From Klebsiella phage vB_KpM_FBKp24, in the sequence record MW394391.1: DNA of 64,000 bases. One strand, given 5' to 3'. A model generated the notes under the pieces. That model did not search any database, was not told where the DNA came from, and worked only from the letters and a program-made list of their open reading frames with translations. This document shows positions 53,080 through 63,273 of this stretch, piece after piece. Made by a program: the position numbers and the translations under genes. Numbering within the stretch: position 1 is the stretch's first letter; each line of letters begins with the position of its first letter.

Positions 53080-53826
53080 TTACCATTTAGAGACAAGACC
53101 CGTTTTACCAGAAATAAACGGAGTACGATCCATCTGACGAATAGCATCAACCGTGGCTTTGAAACTCGACTCCACGGAGACCAAACTTTGGTCATTGGCC
53201 ATACTGCGAATAATCGCTGGTTGTACCGGGACAATCAGTGCCGACTCGCAAGACGGTGACATGTATTTGTTTGCGCAAGACAAACCGGGTTCGTTTACGA
53301 GATCCCAGGTAATAATGTTATCGACGTATTTACGAACCTTACCGCCAACCACTCTGTCGGTCGCCATACTGCGAATACTGAACGCCAGATTCTCGTCTGG
53401 GTTAGACATGATTTTCTCAAAATCTTCACGTCTGGCTCCCGTAGAACAAATCTCACCCATGATGGCGCAAATGCGCTGACCGTTAGGCAGAACGAAATTC
53501 GGCACAACCCAAACCTTGCGGATATGAAATGCCCAGTTACGTTCATCAATGGTGTGGATACGTTGAATGAATTTACGATAGTCGGCGTAATCGTATTCTT
53601 TGGGGTGACCCCATTCGCCGCGTAAATACCCTTCTCTCACGCGTTTCTGGAAAAGACCATTCTCCGCTAATATACGCTCAACACGTTGCTGGTCATATAC
53701 CGCACCAATACTGTTGTCGAACTCTAACGCCCCTAAAATAACTTCAAGGTAGTTGTTGTCCAGACGTTTAATATTCCCTACTCGGTTTACACCTTTCAGT
53801 GCTGTTACCTCAAATGACATCCCCAT
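53080..53826 (-). CDS. prohead maturation protease, T4 gp21-like (peptidase U9 family)
   Basis: ILGALEFDNSIGAVYDQQRVE...REGYLRGEWGHP resembles recalled T4 gp21 ITGIFSRADVKNANGRVYPKE...EKGELLGELDHP. Confidence 0.5.
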   Translation of the reverse strand: MGMSFEVTALKGVNRVGNIKRLDNNYLEVILGALEFDNSIGAVYDQQRVERILAENGLFQKRVREGYLRGEWGHPKEYDYADYRKFIQRIHTIDERNWAFHIRKVWVVPNFVLPNGQRICAIMGEICSTGARREDFEKIMSNPDENLAFSIRSMATDRVVGGKVRKYVDNIITWDLVNEPGLSCANKYMSPSCESALIVPVQPAIIRSMANDQSLVSVESSFKATVDAIRQMDRTPFISGKTGLVSKW

Positions 53827-53829
53827 GGC

Positions 53830-54558
53830 TTACCACCGCACAATATTAGAATGATTCATGAACTCATACGATAGCAGACCCGCCTTACGTTCTTTGGCCT
53901 GATTGAATTCGCTTTCCGATAGCGGGAACATTTCAACCTGACTTTGATCGAAAGGTTCTTCTTTATACTTTTCCAGGGCAGGGATAATCATTCGATAAAA
54001 CCCTCTTTTCAGATCGAAGAAGGGTGAGAATTTTACCGATGGGCTGTCAACCTGAATCAGTATTCGGGTTTCAATGGCTTTACTGTAGTCGTCTTTGATG
54101 ACTCTGAGTTCATCGATGAAACACTTTCCGACAACACGGGAGGGGTATCGTTGATCTTCAGTGTCGACGTTGACAAGCCATCTTTCTTCTGACCACTCTG
54201 CCATAGGGCAGATGACTTTCGTCGGACGGAGCGAACCTTCAACGGACAACGCATAAATCGTATACCCTCCTAACCATTCGTCCTTGCCCGCGCAATGTGC
54301 TTTACTGTCCATGAAATCCCGCAACGCCACGCCATAACCCCGTAAGCAATCAATGATTGTAATCCCGGTACAAACCCGTTTGACGGATTCATCTTCTCCG
54401 TTCATGGTTCGTTGGATCTCCCGAGGAATAAAAACCGGGATATTGGGATTAGGAGAGATATGGTAAAGTGTGCGGTGATGAGTATCGACTTCGAGCTCAT
54501 TAACGGCGTGCTCTTGTTGTTTACTGATGAAACTTTGAAGTCTCTCGTATGGGCTCAT
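53830..54558 (-). CDS. hypothetical protein (242 aa)
   Basis: ORF track. Confidence 0.5.
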   Translation of the reverse strand: MSPYERLQSFISKQQEHAVNELEVDTHHRTLYHISPNPNIPVFIPREIQRTMNGEDESVKRVCTGITIIDCLRGYGVALRDFMDSKAHCAGKDEWLGGYTIYALSVEGSLRPTKVICPMAEWSEERWLVNVDTEDQRYPSRVVGKCFIDELRVIKDDYSKAIETRILIQVDSPSVKFSPFFDLKRGFYRMIIPALEKYKEEPFDQSQVEMFPLSESEFNQAKERKAGLLSYEFMNHSNIVRW

Positions 54559-54559
54559 G

Positions 54560-55285
54560 TTACGCCCTCAGTAAACGTTCGATCGGTTGGGTTACTTCGT
54601 TCGGGTTAACAATAGCCGAATCCAGACCATCTCCGGTATAACTCCCCGAAATTTTCGCAGTGGTATCGGAAGACCCATCCACAACGTTACGTAAAGGTAT
54701 CCAGGTGAACGGCGTAGTACGCAGCTCACTGTAGCTGTGGATATGCTCACGTAAAGGAACTTTACGGTTACTTTCAATACGGGCTAACTGGGCGATGATC
54801 ATTTCACCGATAGTCGGTGTCGCAACCAACTTTGTTCCCGTATACTCTTCGGTTTCCGCAAAGAAGCTACCTAACGTAATGTAGTTGTAAAAGAACGGAA
54901 TCCTTCCTCGTGCTAAGATCTCTTCGAACAGGTAATAAAGAAGACCGTTGTCTTTTACCAAATCGATGCTTTTAACCACCGTGCTACCGGGACGGAAATA
55001 AAAGTCATAATAGCTTCGTCCAGCATATTCGAGTTGACGAATTTCCGTCGGTGTAATTTCCATCATACTCGGGGTGGTAGCAACCGCAAAATCACCCGCT
55101 TCGCTACAGATAGCAAAGAAGCCGATGATCATAATGCGTTTGCCCATACTGATTAACTGCTTCGCGCGAAAGGACTCTTGGATCACAATCCGGCAGCCGG
55201 TCGTGGTGACCAGACTGCCGTTTGGGAGTTCACGTAAAGTCGCTTGCAGCGCATCGGCATTGTGTTTCCACTGCGCGATATTCAC
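54560..55285 (-). CDS. hypothetical protein (241 aa)
   Basis: ORF track. Confidence 0.5.
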   Translation of the reverse strand: MNIAQWKHNADALQATLRELPNGSLVTTTGCRIVIQESFRAKQLISMGKRIMIIGFFAICSEAGDFAVATTPSMMEITPTEIRQLEYAGRSYYDFYFRPGSTVVKSIDLVKDNGLLYYLFEEILARGRIPFFYNYITLGSFFAETEEYTGTKLVATPTIGEMIIAQLARIESNRKVPLREHIHSYSELRTTPFTWIPLRNVVDGSSDTTAKISGSYTGDGLDSAIVNPNEVTQPIERLLRA

Positions 55286-55296
55286 TGTTCGACTCC

Positions 55297-56829
55297 TTAG
55301 TACACGGTGGCGTCATCCTGTTCGATAATACCCACTTTCTCTGCCTGTTTAAAAGTCAGGACATCGAAGTTAGCCACAAGCCATTTTGCCAGATAACGGA
55401 TGGCCGCAGTATAGGCAGCAGTCGTGCCGTCCTGATCGGAATCCTGCATTTCACTTTCTACGATATCGATAATGTCTTCGGCATCGATGAACGTGAAGAT
55501 GTGCTGGCAGACTTTCTGTTTGACCAATTCGAACAGATTGGGATCGTTGTCGATGTTCCAATTCGCGTAGAACTTACCGGACTTCAGATCTTCCATCACT
55601 TTGTTCAGTGCCGCTTCTTTACTGAACCCGCTTGGCAGTTGATCTTCATTGAGATTGTTCAGCGCTTGCGCCAGTTCCGGTACGAAACAGTTCGAAAGAC
55701 GTTTCAGGAACGTGTCATGGGAATAACGTTGACGCTGAATCTCAAGCGCCTGCCAACGTTTCAGGTTTTGCTGGTCGTTGGCAATAAACTGACCCAGTAA
55801 ACGTTGACCACCGCGCGGGTCTAACACGCCACCGATCACGCTTTCTGGCGTCAGTCCCTGAGAAAGTCCCTGGCGATATACCGGACCGAATACCACAATT
55901 TCCGCGTCTTCTGCAGAGGTAGCTACTTGGCTTTTTCCGGTGAAACGAATGATCATCTGACCGCGGCGGTTACAACCACTTAGCCAGCCCAGACCATTTT
56001 TGATCAGATAGCCGTATTGCAGCTTCATCGCATTGATCGCCGCCTCGTACTCGGGTAAAGTCATACCCGTACCCGGGAGCGGGTCTTGTGACATACTGTC
56101 AACCAGGAAATAGACCACGATGCCCAGATCGGTCAGAGAAGCATCACTGAATTTCCCTTCGCAACGTTGACCGTCTTTTTGTTGGACGAGTTCTGAAACG
56201 AAGCGAGTCACTGGGCAGATTGGGGTAATCGCACAGTTGCGGAAGAGGACGTTGTAAATGGAGACAATCGTATCGGCGCCATATTTTGCGATCGCGTCGG
56301 CCAATGCGTCGTCCAGTTCACTCACGCCAGTTTTCATCCCGTCAATTAAATCTACGTCCGTTTTTTCCGGGGCGTTTTTAATACGGGTAAAAAGAGGTGC
56401 GTTGGGTTTGAACTGGGCAAACGTATCAACTACGTAAGGGTCGTAAATGATCGGTGCAGGATCGTATTGCGTAATAGTGAACTCTTTTGGTTCTACGCCT
56501 TTCATCCTGTCCAGAATTTTACCCGTTACATCAGTGATCAGTGGTACTACCGTGTTGCGGACATACCCGATCTGACGCAGCAATGCGCCGCCAACAACTT
56601 CAACCGCGCCAGCGACTGCACCTTCATGCGGTTCAACCATCCCGATGGTACGTTGGGAGTTATCAAACAACACCTGGTCATACGCTTCCAGTGAAGGTTT
56701 GTGACTCTGGAAGAACGGGAGCGATTCAGCAACCGGGCTGAATAACAGAGACCCGGTGCGCGGGAAAAGGAATAACCCTTCGTTACTGACTACCGTCTTC
56801 GCGAGGGCAATAGACTTTTTGTTTAACAT
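55297..56829 (-). CDS. hypothetical protein (510 aa) in RNAP operon
   Basis: ORF track; TGATG coupling to upstream 63-aa gene. Confidence 0.5.
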   Translation of the reverse strand: MLNKKSIALAKTVVSNEGLFLFPRTGSLLFSPVAESLPFFQSHKPSLEAYDQVLFDNSQRTIGMVEPHEGAVAGAVEVVGGALLRQIGYVRNTVVPLITDVTGKILDRMKGVEPKEFTITQYDPAPIIYDPYVVDTFAQFKPNAPLFTRIKNAPEKTDVDLIDGMKTGVSELDDALADAIAKYGADTIVSIYNVLFRNCAITPICPVTRFVSELVQQKDGQRCEGKFSDASLTDLGIVVYFLVDSMSQDPLPGTGMTLPEYEAAINAMKLQYGYLIKNGLGWLSGCNRRGQMIIRFTGKSQVATSAEDAEIVVFGPVYRQGLSQGLTPESVIGGVLDPRGGQRLLGQFIANDQQNLKRWQALEIQRQRYSHDTFLKRLSNCFVPELAQALNNLNEDQLPSGFSKEAALNKVMEDLKSGKFYANWNIDNDPNLFELVKQKVCQHIFTFIDAEDIIDIVESEMQDSDQDGTTAAYTAAIRYLAKWLVANFDVLTFKQAEKVGIIEQDDATVY

Positions 56830-57020
56830 CAGACAATCCCCTCTTGTACACGGCGGGCGGCGATAGCAGCGCCAATAGCGGCGGCCAGATCTTCTTCGAT
56901 GTTCGCACCGTCTGGAATTCTGAGATCTTCGCTGCGCGCATTCAGCATGACGCGGCGGCCCACCTCAAGAATATTCGCAACGCTGGTTTGCGCAATTTCT
57001 TGCAAGCCTTCATTATTCAT
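56829..57020 (-). CDS. small protein (63 aa) between RNAP beta-like gene and 510-aa gene
   Basis: ORF track; AAGAAG before ATG. Confidence 0.4.
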   Translation of the reverse strand: MNNEGLQEIAQTSVANILEVGRRVMLNARSEDLRIPDGANIEEDLAAAIGAAIAARRVQEGIV

Positions 57021-57064
57021 CTTCTTAACCTTATTTTACAAAGCGCTTTGGAAAGTAACGGGTG

Positions 57065-57091
57065 ACGAGGGGAGTACGTTTCTCCCCTCGT
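57065..57091 (-). terminator. hairpin acgaggggag-tacgttt-ctcccctcgt after beta-like gene (no T tract on minus strand; weak terminator/processing site)
   Basis: 10-bp stem; trailing minus-strand sequence CACCCGTTAC not U-rich. Confidence 0.3.
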
Positions 57092-57100
57092 TGTACACAA

Positions 57101-60100
57101 CTATTCGCTATCGTACGCTTTCAGCATTTCCTGCTGAATGTTTTCAATAAGAATGTTGCCCATCCCCAGAAGTAAAGCGGAGTTTACAATACGTGCGTTA
57201 ATTGCACGGTAGGAAAATTGTAAATCAATATCCCACGGTTGACCGCCTGGTAAGACTGGTGTTGTCGTCCGACAGATTCCTTTATAGACACCACTCACTA
57301 CGGACTTCTTCTGGTTACCAACAACTAACTTATCGCCATCGCCCATACCGCGCTGATGGGTAATGTAGATACGAATCGCCATCATATCAATCTCTAATGG
57401 CATCCCGTCAATACGGCTTGGGGTAAAGACCTGACCCGTTAAGGCGGTTTCGGTCCCCAATAACTTAGCATTCTTTGCCCGAATGCTGTCATACTTGTCA
57501 GCGATCTTACGCACCGAATCCGACATATCTTCTTTTTCACCGAAATAGAAGACCTCGATCTTTTCAACCTTACCAACGTGTTTTGCACGTGGTGCCGGGT
57601 TACCTAAACGTTTCAACGTTTCCATTGTCGATTCGTCAAAGTAGTCGAAGGTTGCGGAAACTTCGTCCTCTATAAAAGCCAGCGTGTCTTCATTATCGAC
57701 GTGCTGTCCTTCACTGACCAAGTTACGGATGGCCTGATTGAAGTTCACCATCAGCACACGAGTGTGCGTTACCAAGGTAGTCATCTTTTGCGATAAGCGT
57801 TCCGAAATCAAACTGGCATCTTCGAACGTGTTATTGTTCTCGACCAGCGCAATGTTCGTTGTTACGCCATTCTTAAAAGCGACCTGAGTAGGTTCACGCC
57901 AATCTCGCGCAAAGAATCCAGGGTGGTAAGCTACGACATGGTCTTTATCTACCTTTGCCCCAACCTCAAGATCGCATACAACTTCATGCGGCTCAGTGTG
58001 GCCGGTGACGATACCAAATTTACGCCCTAACTCAATCTGGTCTTCGCCAAGTTCAGGGTCGTCGTACTTGATCACAACATGCCCTTTGGTTTTTTCGGTG
58101 ATTGTCCCCGGACCTTTCGCCACAGAAGAGAAAAGGTCATCGGTACGCTGCGCCATCATTAACTCGTACCCTGTCCGGATATAACCCAAATCGTCTCCGA
58201 CGGAATAGCGTTTATGGCTGCTCTGTATACCGATAAAGTTTACGCGCTTAGGGTCGTCGTATGTTGAAAAAGGCGAGACCAGTGCACTTGTAGATAGTAC
58301 GTTACTGAACCCTTTCTCTTTGCTGAGATCAGTCTCAGTCCGTGCCGTCCCGCGCAGACTTGTCAGGTTAGGGTTAGCCGATAAGTAACAGTTAATCCCA
58401 ACGTCGCCGTTATCCACCGAGGATTCAGAACGTATTCCGATGTCACTAGGATGGAAGGCACGTGTACGACGAGTCATGGATCGTTTTCCGCGACCACCCG
58501 TACCAGAGTAAGTCAAGTTCTCTTTCTCTTTAAGGTTCTGTATCGGGTTGGAATCCTCTACCAAGGAAACAGAAGGGTCTTTCTGAATCGCTGAAAGGAT
58601 TTCAAACGGCGGGAAATCCAACTGCGCCCTTGAACTCAAATTACTCGAGCTTTGTCTTCTCACGGCCTCAGCGAACGTTCTGTAGACCGCACCCGCCATC
58701 CTTTCATAGCCTTTGAAGAGTGAGCCCTGTGAACTCAGGTCACTTGGGTATTCATCGGTTGCAAGATAGAAGGCGGCTTTTTTCAGTAGCGGAATAAACT
58801 CGGTCGGTTCATTCATCGCCTCCAGGTTTTCTTCAGCGATAGGGTCAATGAACAGCGCTTTCAGGTTACTGAACTCGTACAGATATCTTCCTGATAGCTG
58901 CATGTCAGACAGTAAAGCGTTATAGTTGTCTTGGTTGTCGAGTTCCGCGACCGAATAGTTTTTCAGTGCGTTTTTCCACAATTGGAGAGAGCTATAAATC
59001 AAAACATCCGGATGAGTAATACGAGGGATCCGCCAAATCTCATCGGCAAAAACGATTTCAAATGTATTTTGATCCGGTTGAACTCGAGCGCCCTTCGTTC
59101 TACGTTGGGGTTTAATCTCCATCTTATCAACGAACTGAGTGAAACCCTCAAGATACATTAAGACGATGGCCAACGGGAACTCTTGTCCTAATATTGAAAT
59201 TGTGACAAGTTCATTAGGGCGGTTTACAGGGTCTGCACCAAAGAGTTTTGAGATATGACCCAATCTCTCTGGACCGACCTGAAGATAACCCTCTCTGTCC
59301 ATGGTAACGGTAGACCTGCCTCGTTTACCTACCGGGATATTTCCTTGCCCATTCCAATCCGGAAAATTCTTCCCAATGTTCGGATAGTCAAAGAAAAAGT
59401 TCATTCCCGCTGCGTCAAACGAAATGACTTCCTTCGCTATTGCCGAATAGGTACGGGGAACGGGTTGTGAATCCGTGAATGAATTTCCGTAAACGATCTC
59501 GGCCATCAATGGTGGATTAGAAAGCGCCGCAACGTTCATAGCGTCTTTTAACCATTCACCGTAATCGTGGCGACGTTTATCGCTACGGTCTACGAAGAGC
59601 TTTCCGTAGTAAGTTGAGAGCGCGACTGTGGATGGAGAAATTTTGCGGATCGGTTTATCGAAACGCAGTTTACGCATAAAGTATTTGATACCGCCAACTT
59701 TATACTTACCATTTTTATCCACTACCGGAAGCTGGAAACGCACTGTCGAAGGTGCACCTTTTACCGGGGAGATCTTCACGGTGTAATCGTAAAGGTCATT
59801 CAGCGCATCGACCTGACGTTCGACTTTGAAGTCAGTGATGGCGTATCCGGCCTTCTGGAATCCGAGCACCAGATTGATCACATCTTTCTGCATGACTTCT
59901 TCGACATACTTTCGATCGTAATCGATCAACGTACTCTTGAGCATACTTTTATCTTTGACGTGAGCAATATCAACCACTTCTTTCGGTTTAAAGTCCCAGA
60001 CAATTTCCTTCGGAATTTGCCGATACTCATCTAACGATATTTCCTCGTTAAAAGGAGAAGGGATCGTCTTGTAACTTTCCGCCAATCTGAGATGGCGTTT

Positions 60101-61579
60101 ATATTCACCTTGGGTTATTAAGCCTTTGGAAAGAAGCGTCTCAGCCTGGATCCGTATCCCAGAAATTAGCGGGTCTTCTACCTTATCTTCCAGAGGTGGC
60201 TCTATAACCGTCTCAGCGTCAACGTCAGGGGCTGAAACTAAACGCAAGGCCCTAGGGGCTTCAGTTGTCTCGATCTCTTCTGTCAGACTTTTAAATGCGT
60301 CTACGATCTGAGTACGGATTCCTGGTTGCCCCGCGTTAATTTTATCCCGAATTTCTTTTACCGTAACGGTTTTCTTCGGAATACCAGTCGGTGTTTCGTC
60401 TTCCGCGACAACCGTCTCAATTACAACGTCGTCTTCAACCGTCTCGCTAACTTCCAGAATCTCGCTTTCACCCGTGTTCTCATCCGGGATGGTTTCTTCG
60501 ATTGTGGCCTGTTCCTGAACACCCGTCAGTAATTTCAACGCCGTGAGATGCTGGAGCATTAACCGAGAGACCTGGGCGTATGCATCACCCTTCGGGTTTT
60601 CGTTGGATTTTGTCCAACGACTTAGACGCCCGAGGTTAAGTACTGTAAATTTCCCCATCCGTAAAAAGACAAAGTTGATCTTGTCGTAGTGGTCAGAGGG
60701 AATAATATTTAACAGGGATTCTTCCCGCTTCTCGGAAAGCCATTGCCAAAGATCTTGAATGAAAAGTGAGTCGTCATTCTGGAAATAACCCAAACGAATA
60801 CGATTCATCTCTTCCAACGCTAACCCGGAATGCTCTATAAAGCTGGAGTCCGTTTCAAACCCTAACGCTGATTCGTCGAAAGATTCTCTCGCTACATCAC
60901 CTGGGAACTCGGATGAAATCCCTGGGAAATGCAGATCGAAAACGTCGCTGTATGTTTGTACCAGTGATTTATTACGGTGTTGATTCTGATACGCGTTTAA
61001 CAGCGGTACCCCGCCATCTTCTACGGAGATATTCAGCTGCATCTTAGTAGGCATCTCATCAGGCACATTGACGAGAATGAATTGATGGCGGTCAGAATGT
61101 TCTGCGTAGTATTTCGCCTGAGTATAAAGCGTAGAGAGCAAATTCTGGAAACGCCAGAATCTCGCCATCGGCAACGGAAGATAACGCCATTGCATCGGGA
61201 TCAACGAGTAGTTTGCAAGGATCGCAGTATTCCTGTCATCCAGAGCGCGATTGATATCAGTTACTCGACGAAAACCACGGCGCTTTTGTATCCAAGTCCG
61301 TTTAAGGTTGGAAACATTAAACGCACCTTTACGGCGAGGGGAACCAATAAAGCTGGTCATCTCCGTAATGTTGTCCGCATAAGGGCGGGTACGTTCCCGT
61401 TGGAACGCGAAGAATGTTTCATCTGGACCGAGGTCAATCGCGTTAGTCGGGAGGTAATGAAGAATACTATTTTTTGGTAACGCGAAGTTTTCAATGTTAA
61501 AAGCACGGGGGTTCGATAATGTCGTACGATTACGAATTCCGTACGACATGTAAAATTGTTGGTACTGAATGTTGCTCAT
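57101..61579 (-). CDS. multisubunit RNA polymerase beta-like subunit (1492 aa)
   Basis: [23 protein letters not shown] vs bacterial beta [37 protein letters not shown] vs [29 protein letters not shown] vs [37 protein letters not shown] vs [26 protein letters not shown]; protein ends ~40 aa after this motif. Confidence 0.8.
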   Translation of the reverse strand: [1492 protein letters not shown]

Positions 61580-61595
61580 TACAGTGAAACTCCTG

Positions 61596-63227
61596 TTATG
61601 CGTCGCCAGTGATATTACGTAAAACTAACTGTACGTTGTCAACGTCAGCGCTCTTAGAGAGTGTGCCACGTGAAGATAGATACCACTCTTTGCGACTCTT
61701 TAATCTATTAAATTCCGCCAGGGAATCAGAAGCGTAAATGGCTGTGAAGGTACAACGGTCACCGTCGAAGTCGGCCCCTAAGGGATTGAGGTAACTCACT
61801 CCTATCCCCATCGAGTTAACGTATTCTACTGACTTAGTTTGGTCAGGGAATTCAAAGCAAATATAGTCTTCGCCCAATCTTCGCCAGTCGTGACCAAGTT
61901 CAGGTTTCACGCTAGAAACAATGGTCGGTTTACAGTAAATATTTGCTATGAAGGTTGAACCTTGCCCTGTGACAGGGTAACGAGTTACAACACCCGCCAG
62001 TTTTCCCCATTCCCGATATCCCGATAAGTAATAAAGGGAGGTCATGTTGATAGGGCTCACGAATCGCTTATCGAAACCCGCCGGGAGTTCATTAATGTCG
62101 GAGAAGAATCGGAAACCTTCCTCGCCCCAATAAAGAAGACCGAGATAAAAGCCATCTACCATGATCGGCTTACTGCGGAACGCAGGGGTTTTGTACCGGG
62201 TTATTTGTGCGTCAAGACCGTCACGGGTCGTCCAGCGTTCAATCGCCTCCGGTGAGGGTTGAACATATTCTGCTCGCAGCGTTTTTGGGTTAGTCAGTCG
62301 GATTTCATCTTCGCTATTACCAGAGAAGACTTCACCTAACCAGCCCGACCGTAAGAAGTAACGTGTTTTCGGCAACACCGCTTTGATCGTCTGGTAAAGA
62401 CCTAACTGAACATGGTTGACCCCAGGCGTATTCGTTTCACCGATTCGACCCCCGGTAATTTTCATCGGTGAAATGACGTTCGCCGTACCGTTGAGTATTT
62501 TACGAGAAGCCCATTTGGCTGCAGCGAAACCCTTTTTACCTTTAATCATGTTAAAGATACTTTCAAAGATTTCGTTGAACTGACGCTGGAGCTGTAAACG
62601 ACTGTTGTTGATTACGGGGTCTTCGGAAGGTTCTCTTCCCGTGTCAAGACTACTTGAAATAGAAATGATTGAGCGATAATATTTATTAATTTCATCTTCA
62701 CTGGTTCTACCGGTGGGCTCAACCATTAAATCCCGTAGCCCGGCTGGCATGACAAGTACTTTATCGACGAGGGCGTTTTCTTTGTTTTTGTTAATCAGTT
62801 TAACTCGGAGATTACGAATTTCCGAATCCCCTTCCTCGATCTTCAGTTCAGGGAAGTGACGAACAAAGAAAGCGAAACCCGTATCGCCCTCCATTTCGTT
62901 GCTGGGTTCGAAATCAAAGGTTTCTGTGTTAAAGACCGCGTAACGTCTACCCTCTAAAATATCCAGGTATAAGCGTTTTAAAGAACCTAGGCGCTTATAA
63001 ATGAGGGGGTGGAAAATTCGCGTGTTAAGATTAATGTAACTGAATCGACCGTCTCGTTCGGGAGAACCGAGGGGACCAAAAGTTTCAATAGAAAATAACC
63101 CATCCTTATGGAAGTTCCGCGTGCCCGTTTCAAATATTTCTGTTGTAACAGTCGGGCGCATACTCCGAATCAATTGCGGGGTTAGTTCCATGAGGAAGAT
63201 ATTGAAAGGAATATCATTGGTACGCAT
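61596..63227 (-). CDS. multisubunit RNA polymerase beta-prime N-terminal-like subunit (543 aa) with catalytic DFDGD motif
   Basis: VVTRYPVTGQGSTFIANIY...YLNPLGADFDGDRCTF vs bacterial LLNRAPTLHRLGIQAF...YNADFDGDQMAVH; AGGAG RBS; 16-nt gap to beta-like gene. Confidence 0.8.
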   Translation of the reverse strand: MRTNDIPFNIFLMELTPQLIRSMRPTVTTEIFETGTRNFHKDGLFSIETFGPLGSPERDGRFSYINLNTRIFHPLIYKRLGSLKRLYLDILEGRRYAVFNTETFDFEPSNEMEGDTGFAFFVRHFPELKIEEGDSEIRNLRVKLINKNKENALVDKVLVMPAGLRDLMVEPTGRTSEDEINKYYRSIISISSSLDTGREPSEDPVINNSRLQLQRQFNEIFESIFNMIKGKKGFAAAKWASRKILNGTANVISPMKITGGRIGETNTPGVNHVQLGLYQTIKAVLPKTRYFLRSGWLGEVFSGNSEDEIRLTNPKTLRAEYVQPSPEAIERWTTRDGLDAQITRYKTPAFRSKPIMVDGFYLGLLYWGEEGFRFFSDINELPAGFDKRFVSPINMTSLYYLSGYREWGKLAGVVTRYPVTGQGSTFIANIYCKPTIVSSVKPELGHDWRRLGEDYICFEFPDQTKSVEYVNSMGIGVSYLNPLGADFDGDRCTFTAIYASDSLAEFNRLKSRKEWYLSSRGTLSKSADVDNVQLVLRNITGDA

Positions 63228-63273
63228 TGTTTAAATCCTGTTAACAGATGATTAACCTTTTTAAGGGAACAAA

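Noticed and set aside
55222-55800. 192-aa plus-strand ORF
   Set aside because: Entirely antisense within the 510-aa/241-aa minus-strand genes; no independent signals.
55297-56829. Possibility that the 510-aa protein is the missing beta C-terminal piece (GGQRLLGQF vs beta GGQRFGEMEVWAL)
   Set aside because: Only a 4-residue coincidence; the strongly conserved EMEVWALEAYGA block is absent, so no RNAP assignment was made.
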